Positions 1-9,630 of a DNA stretch of 64,000 nucleotides are shown here, piece after piece (positions within the stretch are counted from its first letter, which is position 1; every line of letters begins with the position of its first letter). The stretch lies in NCBI GenBank assembly GCA_934101425.1, contig CAKOQQ010000002.1, forward strand, positions 8,141 to 72,140, written 5' to 3'. The notes beneath the pieces were generated by a model. It made no database searches. It was not told the origin of the DNA and worked only from the letters and a program-made list of their open reading frames with translations. A program made the position numbers and the translations under genes. Origin of the DNA: an uncultured Bacilli bacterium (GTDB lineage: Bacteria; Bacillota_I; Bacilli_A; RF39; UBA660).

Positions 1-422
1 AGTAAACAATTAGAAATAGATCTATAATCTTGATTTAATGCAACATCAGATAAATATTTTATATCATCAGAATCTCTACACATATGAATAACAGAAATAT
101 TTCCCATTTCTATTTCTCTTTTCCAAATTTGATATACTATTTTTTTATATTCATATTCTAGAGCAAATATACTATTTAAAGTATCAACTTCTATTTTATT
201 TAGAGTTATTTCTTTCTTTTTAAAATCGACTCTTCTTTTTAATTTAGCTAGTTTAGCTTCTAATAATTCTATATCTTCTTTAGACCGCTTTATTACTTCT
301 TTAGGTAAATATGCATAATTTTCTAAAGAATCAAGGCCTAAAATTATATTATATATAATAGACATTATAGTATTATAGTCAAGCATACTATAATGATTTT
401 CAACTAATCTTTCCATCTTCAT
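1..422 (-). CDS. Hypothetical protein, partial. The start is at 422 and the 3' end runs off the window. It is translationally coupled to the DUF1653 gene by a 23-nt overlap.
   Basis: The ATG at 422-420 is followed by an open frame (MKMERLVENHYSMLDYNTIMSI...KYLSDVALNQDYRSISNCL) with no stop before position 1. It is missing from the ORF track only because it is truncated. Confidence 0.45.
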   Translation of the reverse strand, partial: MKMERLVENHYSMLDYNTIMSIIYNIILGLDSLENYAYLPKEVIKRSKEDIELLEAKLAKLKRRVDFKKKEITLNKIEVDTLNSIFALEYEYKKIVYQIWKREIEMGNISVIHMCRDSDDIKYLSDVALNQDYRSISNCL

Positions 423-642
423 ACTCCGTAAATCTATAATAAGTAGTTACATCAGGATACTTTAAATGATCAACCTTACTATTAAACATATTATATTCTC
501 TAGCCCATACTTTTTTATCTTTTAAAGATTCATAAATAACATATCTTTTATTTTCTTCTTCTGTATCATTGGCAATTAAAAGTACTTTATATAAATTACC
601 TTTAAAATGCCTATATATAGTACCTACCTTTATCTCTCTCAC
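400..642 (-). CDS. DUF1653 family small protein.
   Basis: The sequence has the GxIYRHFKGNLYKV...YESL...WAR pattern typical of DUF1653. The start at 642 is GTG in this frame, so the true start is uncertain. Confidence 0.7.
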   Translation of the reverse strand: MREIKVGTIYRHFKGNLYKVLLIANDTEEENKRYVIYESLKDKKVWAREYNMFNSKVDHLKYPDVTTYYRFTEYEDGKIS

Positions 643-702
643 TCTATCACCAATTACATTATATCAAAAAAATAAATAGATTACTCTATTTATTTTATTT
701 TT

Positions 703-2046
703 TTAACAACCTATACAAAATCCAGATAAAAATGTATCTAATGATTCTTTTGAATTTTTACCAGTTAATATAGAATATTTACTATGATCTTTACCATTTA
801 TATAAGCTAAATAATATGCATTATTAGATTCATATTTACTAGATAAATCACTTAATTCTTCTCTACTTATTTTATACATTTTAACATCATCATTTTTCTT
901 ATAAGCTTTAATTTCTTTAGCGATTAAATCTTCATAATCACTATCAATAAATCTATTATCATATACATATATAAAATAATCATCTACAGGAGCACTTGTT
1001 AAACATAATAAATCACTATATGAAATATCTATTACACTAGATTTATTATAATCAATATTACAACTATAATTAATATTTATAGTAACATCTTTAGTTAAAT
1101 TCTTTATTGTAATTTCTTTATCAGTTAAAGATACTATAGGGCAAGCAACTCCAGAACAAACTACTTTAGCATCACTAAGTAAAATATAATTATAAGTAGT
1201 TAAAGGTATTCTTATAGTATTATTTTCTTCTACAATAATACTAGTATTTTTTAAAAATGATTCATCTATAGAAGTATTATATATTCTCTTATAATCTAAT
1301 TCTATATCAAAATATCTAGTCCATTTTGCCACTAAAGTAATACTAGAATCTAATTTAGTATTAAAATCAAATAAGATATCATTATAGTACCAACCTACAA
1401 ATGTATAACCCTCTTTTTCTGGATTTTTTGGTTTAGTTGGACTAGAATGAGGATATAATTTTTGACTATCAACTATATCATTACTATCTGTATCAAAATC
1501 AACTGTAATATAATCTGCAAAAGTAATATCACAATCTAAATTATCAGTTACACCTGATATAGTAAGTTTATTAGTATTTGAATCAAAAGATGTATTTTTA
1601 CAAGTTGACTTTGAAAAATATGTTTTATCCTTTTTATCAATTAAAAATACAGCGTCATCTAAATATTCAACAGTTATTTCTTTATTACCTATAACATTTG
1701 CATTACTTACATTAATTGATACTTTCTTATCAATTTTTTTAAATACAACATTACATACTAAATCTTGTTTTATATTTTTAATAATTAGTTTATCTTCAAA
1801 ATAATATGCATCACTACAACCTGTAATAGAGTCAAAAGTATATCCCTCTAATGGTGTAATTTTAGTTTCTAAATCAGATGAAAAAGTAACTTTATGATAT
1901 CTCTCTTTTATTTGTCCATTTTCACTAGTAAAAACTACTACATATCTTTTAGTAAAAAATATGTATATTATAAATAATAAAATAATGATTCCTAAAAAAG
2001 AACCTATTAAAATTAATAATTTTTTTGTATCAGATAATTTTTTCAT
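703..2046 (-). CDS. N-terminally membrane-anchored surface protein with a Flg_new (Listeria-Bacteroides) repeat.
   Basis: There is an ATG with a GGAGGG RBS and an N-terminal TM helix. The motif PEKEGYTFVGWYY...FDFNT...ITLVAKW matches the Flg_new/InlB B-repeat signature. Confidence 0.6.
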   Translation of the reverse strand: MKKLSDTKKLLILIGSFLGIIILLFIIYIFFTKRYVVVFTSENGQIKERYHKVTFSSDLETKITPLEGYTFDSITGCSDAYYFEDKLIIKNIKQDLVCNVVFKKIDKKVSINVSNANVIGNKEITVEYLDDAVFLIDKKDKTYFSKSTCKNTSFDSNTNKLTISGVTDNLDCDITFADYITVDFDTDSNDIVDSQKLYPHSSPTKPKNPEKEGYTFVGWYYNDILFDFNTKLDSSITLVAKWTRYFDIELDYKRIYNTSIDESFLKNTSIIVEENNTIRIPLTTYNYILLSDAKVVCSGVACPIVSLTDKEITIKNLTKDVTININYSCNIDYNKSSVIDISYSDLLCLTSAPVDDYFIYVYDNRFIDSDYEDLIAKEIKAYKKNDDVKMYKISREELSDLSSKYESNNAYYLAYINGKDHSKYSILTGKNSKESLDTFLSGFCIGC

Positions 2047-2078
2047 ATTACCCTCCTATTACAATAATAGCACATATT

Positions 2079-2561
2079 TTACTTTTTCTCAATTGCTTTT
2101 ACTTTTCCTCTTTCATATATTCTTTTACTTAAAGATGAAAAACCATTATTTTTCTTATATTCAAAATATCTAACATAATCTTTTAATTCATCTATACTTA
2201 CTAAATTTTCTAATTTAATCATAGCACTTGGTATAGCATATTCTACTACATTTTCTTTTTCTCTAGAATTTTCACATTTCCTATAGCATCCAAGTCCACA
2301 AAAAGCTTCTAATAAACCTTCATCTATATCATATGTACAAACATATCTTTTTAGACTATTATTTACATGTAATACATTTTCAATATTAGAAAAAAAATGC
2401 ATATAAAAAGTATCTGGTAGATAGTGATGAGTATTAGTTTCGTTATCAGTGCATTTACTACCAACAGAAGCAAAACTCTTATCACTAACTATTTTATCAA
2501 GTTCTCTTTTAGCACATACTCTATATACCAACATAATATCACCAGGTGAATATTTTATCAC
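2079..2561 (-). CDS. Hypothetical protein with no recognisable family.
   Basis: This is a 160-codon ORF. The annotated start is GTG, and an internal ATG nine codons downstream has a GGTGA RBS. The product is Cys- and His-containing. Confidence 0.5.
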   Translation of the reverse strand: MIKYSPGDIMLVYRVCAKRELDKIVSDKSFASVGSKCTDNETNTHHYLPDTFYMHFFSNIENVLHVNNSLKRYVCTYDIDEGLLEAFCGLGCYRKCENSREKENVVEYAIPSAMIKLENLVSIDELKDYVRYFEYKKNNGFSSLSKRIYERGKVKAIEKK

Positions 2562-2589
2562 AAAAAGTTATTATGTCAAATAAAAAGAC

Positions 2590-3990
2590 TTATTCATAAG
2601 TCTTTTTATTATCTATAACTACAGGAGTTAATTCATCTCTTAATTTAGTTAAAGCGTCTTTATCATATTTTATCATTTGATCCCTTCTTAATAAATCAAA
2701 TGAATAATTATCGTTATCAATTCCATATGGTCTTGATTTTTCTATAATAGAAGTTCTAACTTCATCTATAACTCGTGGGTCATTTCTAGCTATTTTAGTA
2801 GATAATCTTTCTATTGTTCTTTCTATCATATCTTTTGTTATACTATTTTTTTTACCTCTAAGAGTTATATTTATGGGGCTAAAATTTCTTATACTCTCTA
2901 AACTAACCCTCATATAGTCACTAATTATTTTATATATATAACTTCTAAATTTAGGTGAAGACAAGTCTTCCATAGAATATCCATATATTTCTTTTAATTT
3001 ATCATTTGAGAAAGCACTAGATTTATAGCTATATACACTTCTTAAATCTTCTATATAAGTATCCATTACTTCTTTAGAAAAATAATCTCTAAATAATACT
3101 TTTCTACCATTATAATTTATAACAATATTACCATGATTAATTATCCAATCAGTAAAGGTTTTAGAAAGTGCATCAAAAATAGGGACACTTCTTACTTCAT
3201 TGAAAGAAGATAATTTCCCATTTTCTTCTTTTGGTTCTGAACCATAACCTATCCAACCATCTAATTTACCAGTTAATATAGGTGGATCTTGTACTCTTGA
3301 AATAAGATCTTTATTTTCCTTTTTTATTTCTTTTAAAGCTTCATAAGTAGCACCTAAATATTTAGTGCTAGTATAAATAACTATAGTATCATCTCTACTA
3401 CCATATTCATCAAACTTAAAATAAATAGGTATCTTTTTTTCTTCTAATTTTTTATATAATAAGGTAATTAATTTATAAGTATCTAAAGAATCAGTATTTA
3501 TATATAATCTATGCTCTACTTCTGGTACTACATCATTTCTTGAAGTAACATATCTAGAAGCTACATGAACCCATCCTGTACCTTCTCCAAAACTATTCCA
3601 ACGATATTTATAATAAGCATCCCTAACTTCTTCCTCTGCATTACTAAATAAAGAAGTTATCTCATCTTTGGACTTGACATCGTTTACTCTCTTTAAATAA
3701 TTTCTTAATAATAAGAAATCATTACCATAAGTGCCATTTCTTCTTAACTCTAAAAACCTTTCTCTAGTCATATTAAGGATACTACTCTTCCATTTATTAA
3801 ATAACATAGAATAAAATATATCCGCATCAGCTTTATAATGTTCCCCTCTTGTATGAGCTTTTATAGTACTTTTTGTAAGTCTACTATAAAAATTACCATT
3901 ACAAGTAGCATAAAGCTCTATTAACTTTTTTATTACTTCAGGACTAGAAATTGGATTATCTATATTTTCATACAATTCCATCAATCTCAT
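2590..3990 (-). CDS. Hypothetical protein of about 466 aa with no confident family.
   Basis: This is a long ORF. The track start at 4011 is TTG. The ATG at 3990, preceded by a GAGGT RBS, is the more likely start. Confidence 0.6.
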   Translation of the reverse strand: MRLMELYENIDNPISSPEVIKKLIELYATCNGNFYSRLTKSTIKAHTRGEHYKADADIFYSMLFNKWKSSILNMTRERFLELRRNGTYGNDFLLLRNYLKRVNDVKSKDEITSLFSNAEEEVRDAYYKYRWNSFGEGTGWVHVASRYVTSRNDVVPEVEHRLYINTDSLDTYKLITLLYKKLEEKKIPIYFKFDEYGSRDDTIVIYTSTKYLGATYEALKEIKKENKDLISRVQDPPILTGKLDGWIGYGSEPKEENGKLSSFNEVRSVPIFDALSKTFTDWIINHGNIVINYNGRKVLFRDYFSKEVMDTYIEDLRSVYSYKSSAFSNDKLKEIYGYSMEDLSSPKFRSYIYKIISDYMRVSLESIRNFSPINITLRGKKNSITKDMIERTIERLSTKIARNDPRVIDEVRTSIIEKSRPYGIDNDNYSFDLLRRDQMIKYDKDALTKLRDELTPVVIDNKKTYE

Positions 3991-4020
3991 AATTACCTCA
4001 TATTTAATCAAAAAAGAATA

Positions 4021-4140
4021 CTAAATATTCTCTTTTATTATATTAATTGTTAAATTTAATCCTTCTTTAACACTTGTATTAGGTTCCCAACCAATACTTT
4101 TAATTTTTGAATTATCTAATTTAATTACTTTAACACTATT
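4021..4140 (-). pseudogene. C-terminal remnant (39 codons) of an NAD-dependent epimerase/dehydratase gene.
   Basis: The translation NSVKVIKLDNSKIKSIGWEPNTSVKEGLNLTINIIKENI* matches the conserved C-terminus of extended-SDR sugar epimerases/dehydratases (LDxSKxxxxGWxPxxxLxEGL). There is no start codon, and the frame opens right after a stop at 4141-4143. Confidence 0.55.
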
Positions 4141-4858
4141 TTAACCAATTATCTCTTGAAGAATGAAGAATAGCCTTAAATAAATCAATATCATCTACTG
4201 TAGTAATCTTCATATTCTTTTCAGATCCCTTTGAAAAATGTATTACATCACCTAATTCTTTCATAAGTGAACATGTAGCAGTCATATTAACAATGTTCTT
4301 TTTAGCAGCTTCATTATGTGCCCATACCATTTTACCAAGTTGCCAAATATGTGGAGTTTGTGTTCTGTAAAGTTTTTCTCTTGGTATTTCAACAGTTGAA
4401 GTAGCATGATCTTCACTTTCATAAACAGCTTCTGTACAAGGTATAGCAACTACGGCATTACCATAAGTATTATATGTTGATATAGCATCTGAAATTATTT
4501 GGCTAGATACAAGTCCTCTATTTCCATCATGAACAATTAACATACTATCTTCACTATATAATTCATTTGCTCTCATAACACCATTCTTAATAGATTCTTG
4601 TCCAGTAGCTCCACCACTTACAACATCTACAAGTTTAGTTATATTAAATTGTCTTGCATAAGCTCTTAATATATCATGCCATCCATCTAAGCAAACAACA
4701 ATAATTCCATCTATACTAGGATGATTTTCAAATGCTTCCATAGTATAAACAATTAATGGTTTATTTTCAATATGAATAAATTGTTTTGGAATATCTTGTC
4801 CTGTTCTACTACCTACACCAGCAGCAGTTAAAATTACAATATTTTTCTTTTCTTTCAT
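4136..4858 (-). CDS. IspD/TarI-family cytidylyltransferase (MEP cytidylyltransferase or ribitol-5-phosphate cytidylyltransferase).
   Basis: The N-terminus has ILTAAGVGSRTG...PKQF and the overall IspD-like glycosyltransferase-A fold motifs. The neighbouring ltaS gene and epimerase remnant suggest a cell-wall polymer context. Confidence 0.8.
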   Translation of the reverse strand: MKEKKNIVILTAAGVGSRTGQDIPKQFIHIENKPLIVYTMEAFENHPSIDGIIVVCLDGWHDILRAYARQFNITKLVDVVSGGATGQESIKNGVMRANELYSEDSMLIVHDGNRGLVSSQIISDAISTYNTYGNAVVAIPCTEAVYESEDHATSTVEIPREKLYRTQTPHIWQLGKMVWAHNEAAKKNIVNMTATCSLMKELGDVIHFSKGSEKNMKITTVDDIDLFKAILHSSRDNWLK

Positions 4859-4875
4859 TATTTACCTCTTTCTAA

Positions 4876-5298
4876 TTAAATATTTATATCAGTAAAATAC
4901 ATATTAACATTACTTGTAGCAACTAAAACATTACGATCGTTATATATATTTACAATATAATAACCAATACTTTTTCCAACTTTTAATTTATGAGCTTCAG
5001 CTATTAGTTTAGTTCCATCGCCTTTTCTTAAATAATTTATATTAGCACTTGTAGTAAGTGGAAACTTAAAAGTAGTACATCCAAGAATTCCAGCGGTAGT
5101 ATCTGCAAGCCCAAATATTAATCCTCCATGAACTATCCCTTCAGGATTTAATCCAGAAGAAACTATTGGATATTCTACTTTAGCTTCATCGCTAGTTAAA
5201 CTAATTATTTTAAAGCCATTACTTTTTATAAAACCTTTGTCATTACAAAATCTCTCTATTAATTCATCATACATATTATCCTCTATTCTGTTAAACAT
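4876..5298 (-). CDS. PaaI/YbgC-type hotdog-fold thioesterase.
   Basis: This is a 140-aa product containing the GIVHGGLIFGLADTTAG motif. Confidence 0.75.
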   Translation of the reverse strand: MFNRIEDNMYDELIERFCNDKGFIKSNGFKIISLTSDEAKVEYPIVSSGLNPEGIVHGGLIFGLADTTAGILGCTTFKFPLTTSANINYLRKGDGTKLIAEAHKLKVGKSIGYYIVNIYNDRNVLVATSNVNMYFTDINI

Positions 5299-5966
5299 AC
5301 ATCTAAATCAACATTAATTTCATTTAATAATTCTTGTAATTCTTTGTTTTCTATGTATGTTTCATATATATCTTTATAATTTGTAATAATTACTTTTTTA
5401 GTTCCTTCTTTATACTTTGATATATTATTGATTATCTTATTTACATCATAAGTATATTTACCATCCCTATATTTAGGTATTCCAGTATTAGAACCAAAAG
5501 TATAAAAATATCTATATGTATTATCTTTATATAGTGATAAAGTTACTGAATTACAGTCACTTCTATCTAAATATATATCATATGATGAATCATCATCTAT
5601 ACTTGCATTAATAAGTATTTTTTCATCATTATTGATAATACTACTAAGAACAATATTATTATATTCACCTATATCACTAGATGATAAATTTATAGTTTTA
5701 TTATCCATTAAATATGGAGTTAAAGAATACTTTAATACTTCTTTATTAGTATCACTAAAATTAACAATAAATTCATCACTGCTATTTGATACTTTAATAT
5801 TATCATAACTACTAGGTATATTTATAACATAACTATTATTATTTTCATCACTATAATTTATAGTATAAGCATACTTATATACTTTAGCTTTTGGTATTAA
5901 AATACCTACTATTATCGTAGATAAAAGAAGTCCTAAAACAATTATTATTACAAATCTCTTATTCAT
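5283..5966 (-). CDS. Hypothetical secreted or N-terminally anchored protein.
   Basis: There is an N-terminal TM/signal segment followed by an N/S/D-rich sequence with no recognisable domain. Confidence 0.5.
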   Translation of the reverse strand: MNKRFVIIIVLGLLLSTIIVGILIPKAKVYKYAYTINYSDENNNSYVINIPSSYDNIKVSNSSDEFIVNFSDTNKEVLKYSLTPYLMDNKTINLSSSDIGEYNNIVLSSIINNDEKILINASIDDDSSYDIYLDRSDCNSVTLSLYKDNTYRYFYTFGSNTGIPKYRDGKYTYDVNKIINNISKYKEGTKKVIITNYKDIYETYIENKELQELLNEINVDLDVCLTE

Positions 5967-6007
5967 ACTATCACCATAAACATTATAACATGAAATAATA
6001 AAAAAAG

Positions 6008-6030
6008 GAACATTATGTTCCTAATTTACT
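6008..6030 (-). terminator. Intrinsic terminator downstream of tRNA-Cys.
   Basis: The hairpin aggaac-attat-gttcct is followed on the minus strand by a U8 run. Confidence 0.6.
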
Positions 6031-6032
6031 TA

Positions 6033-6106
6033 TGGAGGGCCTAGTCGGATTTGAACCAACGATCAGGGAGTTGCAGTCCCATGCCTTACCACTTGGCTAT
6101 AGACCC
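6033..6106 (-). tRNA. tRNA-Cys (GCA).
   Basis: The reverse complement is GGGTCTATAGCCAAGTGGTAAGGCATGGGACTGCAACTCCC...GGCCCTCCA. It has a cloverleaf with anticodon GCA and an encoded CCA end. Confidence 0.9.
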
Positions 6107-6176
6107 ATTTAATATATTATATGTGGCATATTTAAATTGTATATCATTTTAATTAAAAAGTCAATAAAAAGATGGG

Positions 6177-8198
6177 TTATTCTAATAACTCATCTTTTGC
6201 TTCTTTAATATCTTTACTTTTCTTTATTAAATCATGAACTATAATATCATTTGATACTGATATAAGTTTATCTGCATAAGTAGTATATTTATTTATATAT
6301 TCAGTACTTACTGTTTCATTTTCTTTTAATAATTTTCCTTCTTCTTTTTGACTATTATAGTACATTTTATTTGTTAACCAATCTCCATCAGGAAATACTA
6401 CTACATTTTCTTTTACACTAAATATATCATGACCTAAAGCGTAATCACTTTTAAATCCAAACATATTACCAAGTGTAGGTAATGCATCATACATTCCCAT
6501 AACTTCAGTTATTTCAACATTAAACTTTTTATTCTTTGTCCATATAATAAATGGTGTTTTTCTATTCAATTCATATGTATAAGAATCAATAGTAACATAG
6601 TCTTCACTATCTTTACTCTTTATATCATCATTATATGGATCATAATTATAGTATCTATTAAATTCAGATTTTTTAAGTTTGGCGTCATGATCACCATAAA
6701 TAACTATTACAGTATTTTCAAGTAATCCAGCTTCATCTAATTCATTTATAAATTCACCTATTGCTTCATCTGCATAATGAACTGATTTAATATAACTACC
6801 CATTGTAGTACCTTCTAAGTAAGGTGCTACTTTTTCTTCTAATGTTTCTTGATCAACATATTTCATAGTTACATCAAAATCACTATAGTTTTCAATATCT
6901 GTAAATGGTGTATGATTAGTAAGCATAATTACTGTACCATAGAAATTTTGATATGTATCACTTATTTCTTTAATATATGGTACTGATTGTTTAAAGAATG
7001 ATTTGTCATTTAATCCAAGACCAATAATATCTTCTTTATTTATTTTATAAGCATCAGTATATGCATAAAAGTGATCATAGCCAAAACTCTTATGTACTGT
7101 TTTTCTATTCCAGAAAGCGGCTTTATTAGCATGCATACTGAAGGAATAATATCCTTGTTCTTTTAATAGTTTAGGTATAGTAACGTAATCTCTATCAAAA
7201 TAACTTACAAAAACAGTTCCATTAGTAGCTGGCATTAATGAAGTATTAAAAGTAAATTCGGTATCACTACTAGTACCTATACTTTCTTGGGCATAGAAAT
7301 TAGATGCATATATTCCTTCACGAGCTAATCTATTTAAATTAGGAGTTACTTCTTTACCATTGATTGTTTTATTAAGTAAGAAATTTTGAATACTTTCAGC
7401 ATGAATAACAAGTAAGTTTTTACCTTTAAAAATATTAGTATATTTATTAGTTTTTGTAGTATCTTCTTTATTATCATAGAACTCTCTAAATTCTTTCATA
7501 GCTTCGTCATAACCAAATAATGGTGCAAGTGAAGATGAGATAGATGATACAACATCATTTACTTGATAAATATATATACCAAACTTCATTACTACATATT
7601 CCCTATTCCATTGTTTACCTAATCTGCTTAAATCTGTACCAGTTATAGTTATCATAAATAAGCCTAATGATATAATAGCAGCTATCATAGTAGATAAAGC
7701 TCTTACTTTTCCATTTTCAATAGTTTCAACCTTTGTATAATAATTATGTTTCTTTAAACTCATATTAACAACAATTAAAACAATTGGGCCTATTAAATAT
7801 AATAAATCTTTAAGTTCAAATACTTCAGTAATAACAGCATCCGCAATATCAGATAATTGTGAAGATGTTGCAATCATAGATAATGATGCATAAGTCATAT
7901 AATTATTATAATATATTGAATTTACTGCACATATTGCTGTTAAAAATATTGACATAGCCATATAATATTTAAATTGGTGTTTTGGAGTTATAAAATATCC
8001 AAATGATCCAACAACAAGTATAAATACTAAATCAGCCATAATTGGTGAGTATGAAAAAATACCACCTACAGAAAAATGTCTAACTAACATTCCATTTAAT
8101 AATGATGTTAGAACAAATGATAAAAATAAAACATTAGTTGTTGCATAATTAACGATTTTCTTTTTCAATAACAATAATTTTTCCATAATCCACCTCAA
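6177..8198 (-). CDS. ltaS: Lipoteichoic acid synthase (LtaS-family polyglycerol-phosphate transferase).
   Basis: There are five N-terminal TM helices followed by an extracellular sulfatase-like domain (GTSSDTEFTFNTSLMP) in a roughly 670-aa protein. Confidence 0.85.
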   Translation of the reverse strand: MRWIMEKLLLLKKKIVNYATTNVLFLSFVLTSLLNGMLVRHFSVGGIFSYSPIMADLVFILVVGSFGYFITPKHQFKYYMAMSIFLTAICAVNSIYYNNYMTYASLSMIATSSQLSDIADAVITEVFELKDLLYLIGPIVLIVVNMSLKKHNYYTKVETIENGKVRALSTMIAAIISLGLFMITITGTDLSRLGKQWNREYVVMKFGIYIYQVNDVVSSISSSLAPLFGYDEAMKEFREFYDNKEDTTKTNKYTNIFKGKNLLVIHAESIQNFLLNKTINGKEVTPNLNRLAREGIYASNFYAQESIGTSSDTEFTFNTSLMPATNGTVFVSYFDRDYVTIPKLLKEQGYYSFSMHANKAAFWNRKTVHKSFGYDHFYAYTDAYKINKEDIIGLGLNDKSFFKQSVPYIKEISDTYQNFYGTVIMLTNHTPFTDIENYSDFDVTMKYVDQETLEEKVAPYLEGTTMGSYIKSVHYADEAIGEFINELDEAGLLENTVIVIYGDHDAKLKKSEFNRYYNYDPYNDDIKSKDSEDYVTIDSYTYELNRKTPFIIWTKNKKFNVEITEVMGMYDALPTLGNMFGFKSDYALGHDIFSVKENVVVFPDGDWLTNKMYYNSQKEEGKLLKENETVSTEYINKYTTYADKLISVSNDIIVHDLIKKSKDIKEAKDELLE

Positions 8199-8250
8199 AC
8201 ATAGTCATTATATCATTTTTTTATTAATATATCAAATCAAAAAGAAAAGA

Positions 8251-9570
8251 TTACATATTAACCTTTTCTGTTAGTTTTAATAATAAATCTTGCTTTATTT
8301 TCTTTATTTCTTTAGGACTCATAAATAAAAATACTGTATTATTATAATCATATAATTTAGAAGATTCCAAATCATTTATACTTTCACCATGATCTAATAA
8401 TTCTATTATTTTATTACTAGTTATATCAGGAAAATCTTCTTTGCGTTCTCTTGCAGGAAATATATCTAATACATAAGAATAATCAGATAAATTTAATGCA
8501 GCAGCAATATCTTCATAAAATTCCTTTGTTCTTGAGAAAGTATGGGGTTGAAATATAGTTACAATTCTTTTATCAGGATATTTTTGTTTTACCCCTTTTA
8601 TAATTGCTTTTACTTCAGCTGGATGATGAGCATAATCATCAATTACAACATTACTACCAAGTACTATTTCATCAAATCTTCTTTCAGCACCTTTAAATGT
8701 TTTTAAATTTTTAGCTAATTCCTTAGCATCAATTCTTTCATAATAACATACTCCTATAACCGCCAAACTATCAAGTAACATGTGTTTACCATATAAAGGA
8801 ATTTCAAAATATCCATAATAATTATCTTCTACAAAAACATCAAATTTAGTACCATCTTTTGTATATTCAATATTTTTAGCAATGATATCATTATCATCTT
8901 CTATACCATAATAGAATATAGGAGTATTAACATATAAGCTATGAGTATATGGATCATCACCACAAGCAATAACCATTTTTTTAGCATTATTAGCATATTC
9001 TCTATATGCATCTATCACATCATCCATGTTTTTATAATAATCAACATGGTCTAAATCTATATTTGTTATAATAGCATATTCTGGTTCATAAACTAAGAAA
9101 TGTCTATAATATTCACAAGCTTCTAAAACAAACTTTTTATTTTCTTTACTTGCATAACCATTTCCATCACCAATTAAGTAATTGCATCCACAAATATTTT
9201 TAAGTACATGAGCAAGTAATGATGTTGTAGTAGTTTTACCATGACATCCTGCTACTGTAATACTTTCAAACATATTAGATAATTTACCTACCATTTCATT
9301 ATATTCATATATTTTTAAATTTAATTTATTAGCTTTAACTATTTGTGGATGATCTTCTTTAATCGCTGTACTTCTAACCACAACAGTATTTTCATCCATT
9401 TCATCATTATCGCTAGTATAAATTTTAATATTTCTTTCTTTTAATTTATCTTCTGTAAATTGATAACTATCTTCATCATCGTATCCAACAACACTATAAC
9501 CTAAATCATTTAATATTAAGGCAAGTGCACTCATGCCAGACCCTTTTATTCCAATTAAATAATATTTCAT
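8251..9570 (-). CDS. murC: UDP-N-acetylmuramate--L-alanine ligase.
   Basis: It has IGIKGSGMSALA and AGCHGKTTTTSLLAHVL Mur ligase motifs. Confidence 0.9.
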   Translation of the reverse strand: MKYYLIGIKGSGMSALALILNDLGYSVVGYDDEDSYQFTEDKLKERNIKIYTSDNDEMDENTVVVRSTAIKEDHPQIVKANKLNLKIYEYNEMVGKLSNMFESITVAGCHGKTTTTSLLAHVLKNICGCNYLIGDGNGYASKENKKFVLEACEYYRHFLVYEPEYAIITNIDLDHVDYYKNMDDVIDAYREYANNAKKMVIACGDDPYTHSLYVNTPIFYYGIEDDNDIIAKNIEYTKDGTKFDVFVEDNYYGYFEIPLYGKHMLLDSLAVIGVCYYERIDAKELAKNLKTFKGAERRFDEIVLGSNVVIDDYAHHPAEVKAIIKGVKQKYPDKRIVTIFQPHTFSRTKEFYEDIAAALNLSDYSYVLDIFPARERKEDFPDITSNKIIELLDHGESINDLESSKLYDYNNTVFLFMSPKEIKKIKQDLLLKLTEKVNM

Positions 9571-9630
9571 TTTTGCCTCCTATTATCAATCTATTAAAAT
9601 TATATCAAATAATTCAAAAAAAAGATAGTA

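Noticed and set aside
1961-2173. A set of short plus-strand ORFs opposite minus-strand genes (1961..2173, 9525..9710, 10222..10434, 13018..13230, 23667..23864, 24511..24807, 26065..26250, 32700..33092, 36107..36298, 37636..37821, 38271..38486, 42692..42973, 47058..47516, 48795..49058, 51514..51711, 51925..52116, 54418..54645, 56971..57177, 58100..58360, 59668..60015, 63671..63946).
   Set aside because: Each is embedded in or antisense to a well-supported longer CDS. They have low-complexity, Leu/Phe/Ile-rich composition typical of antisense AT-rich frames.
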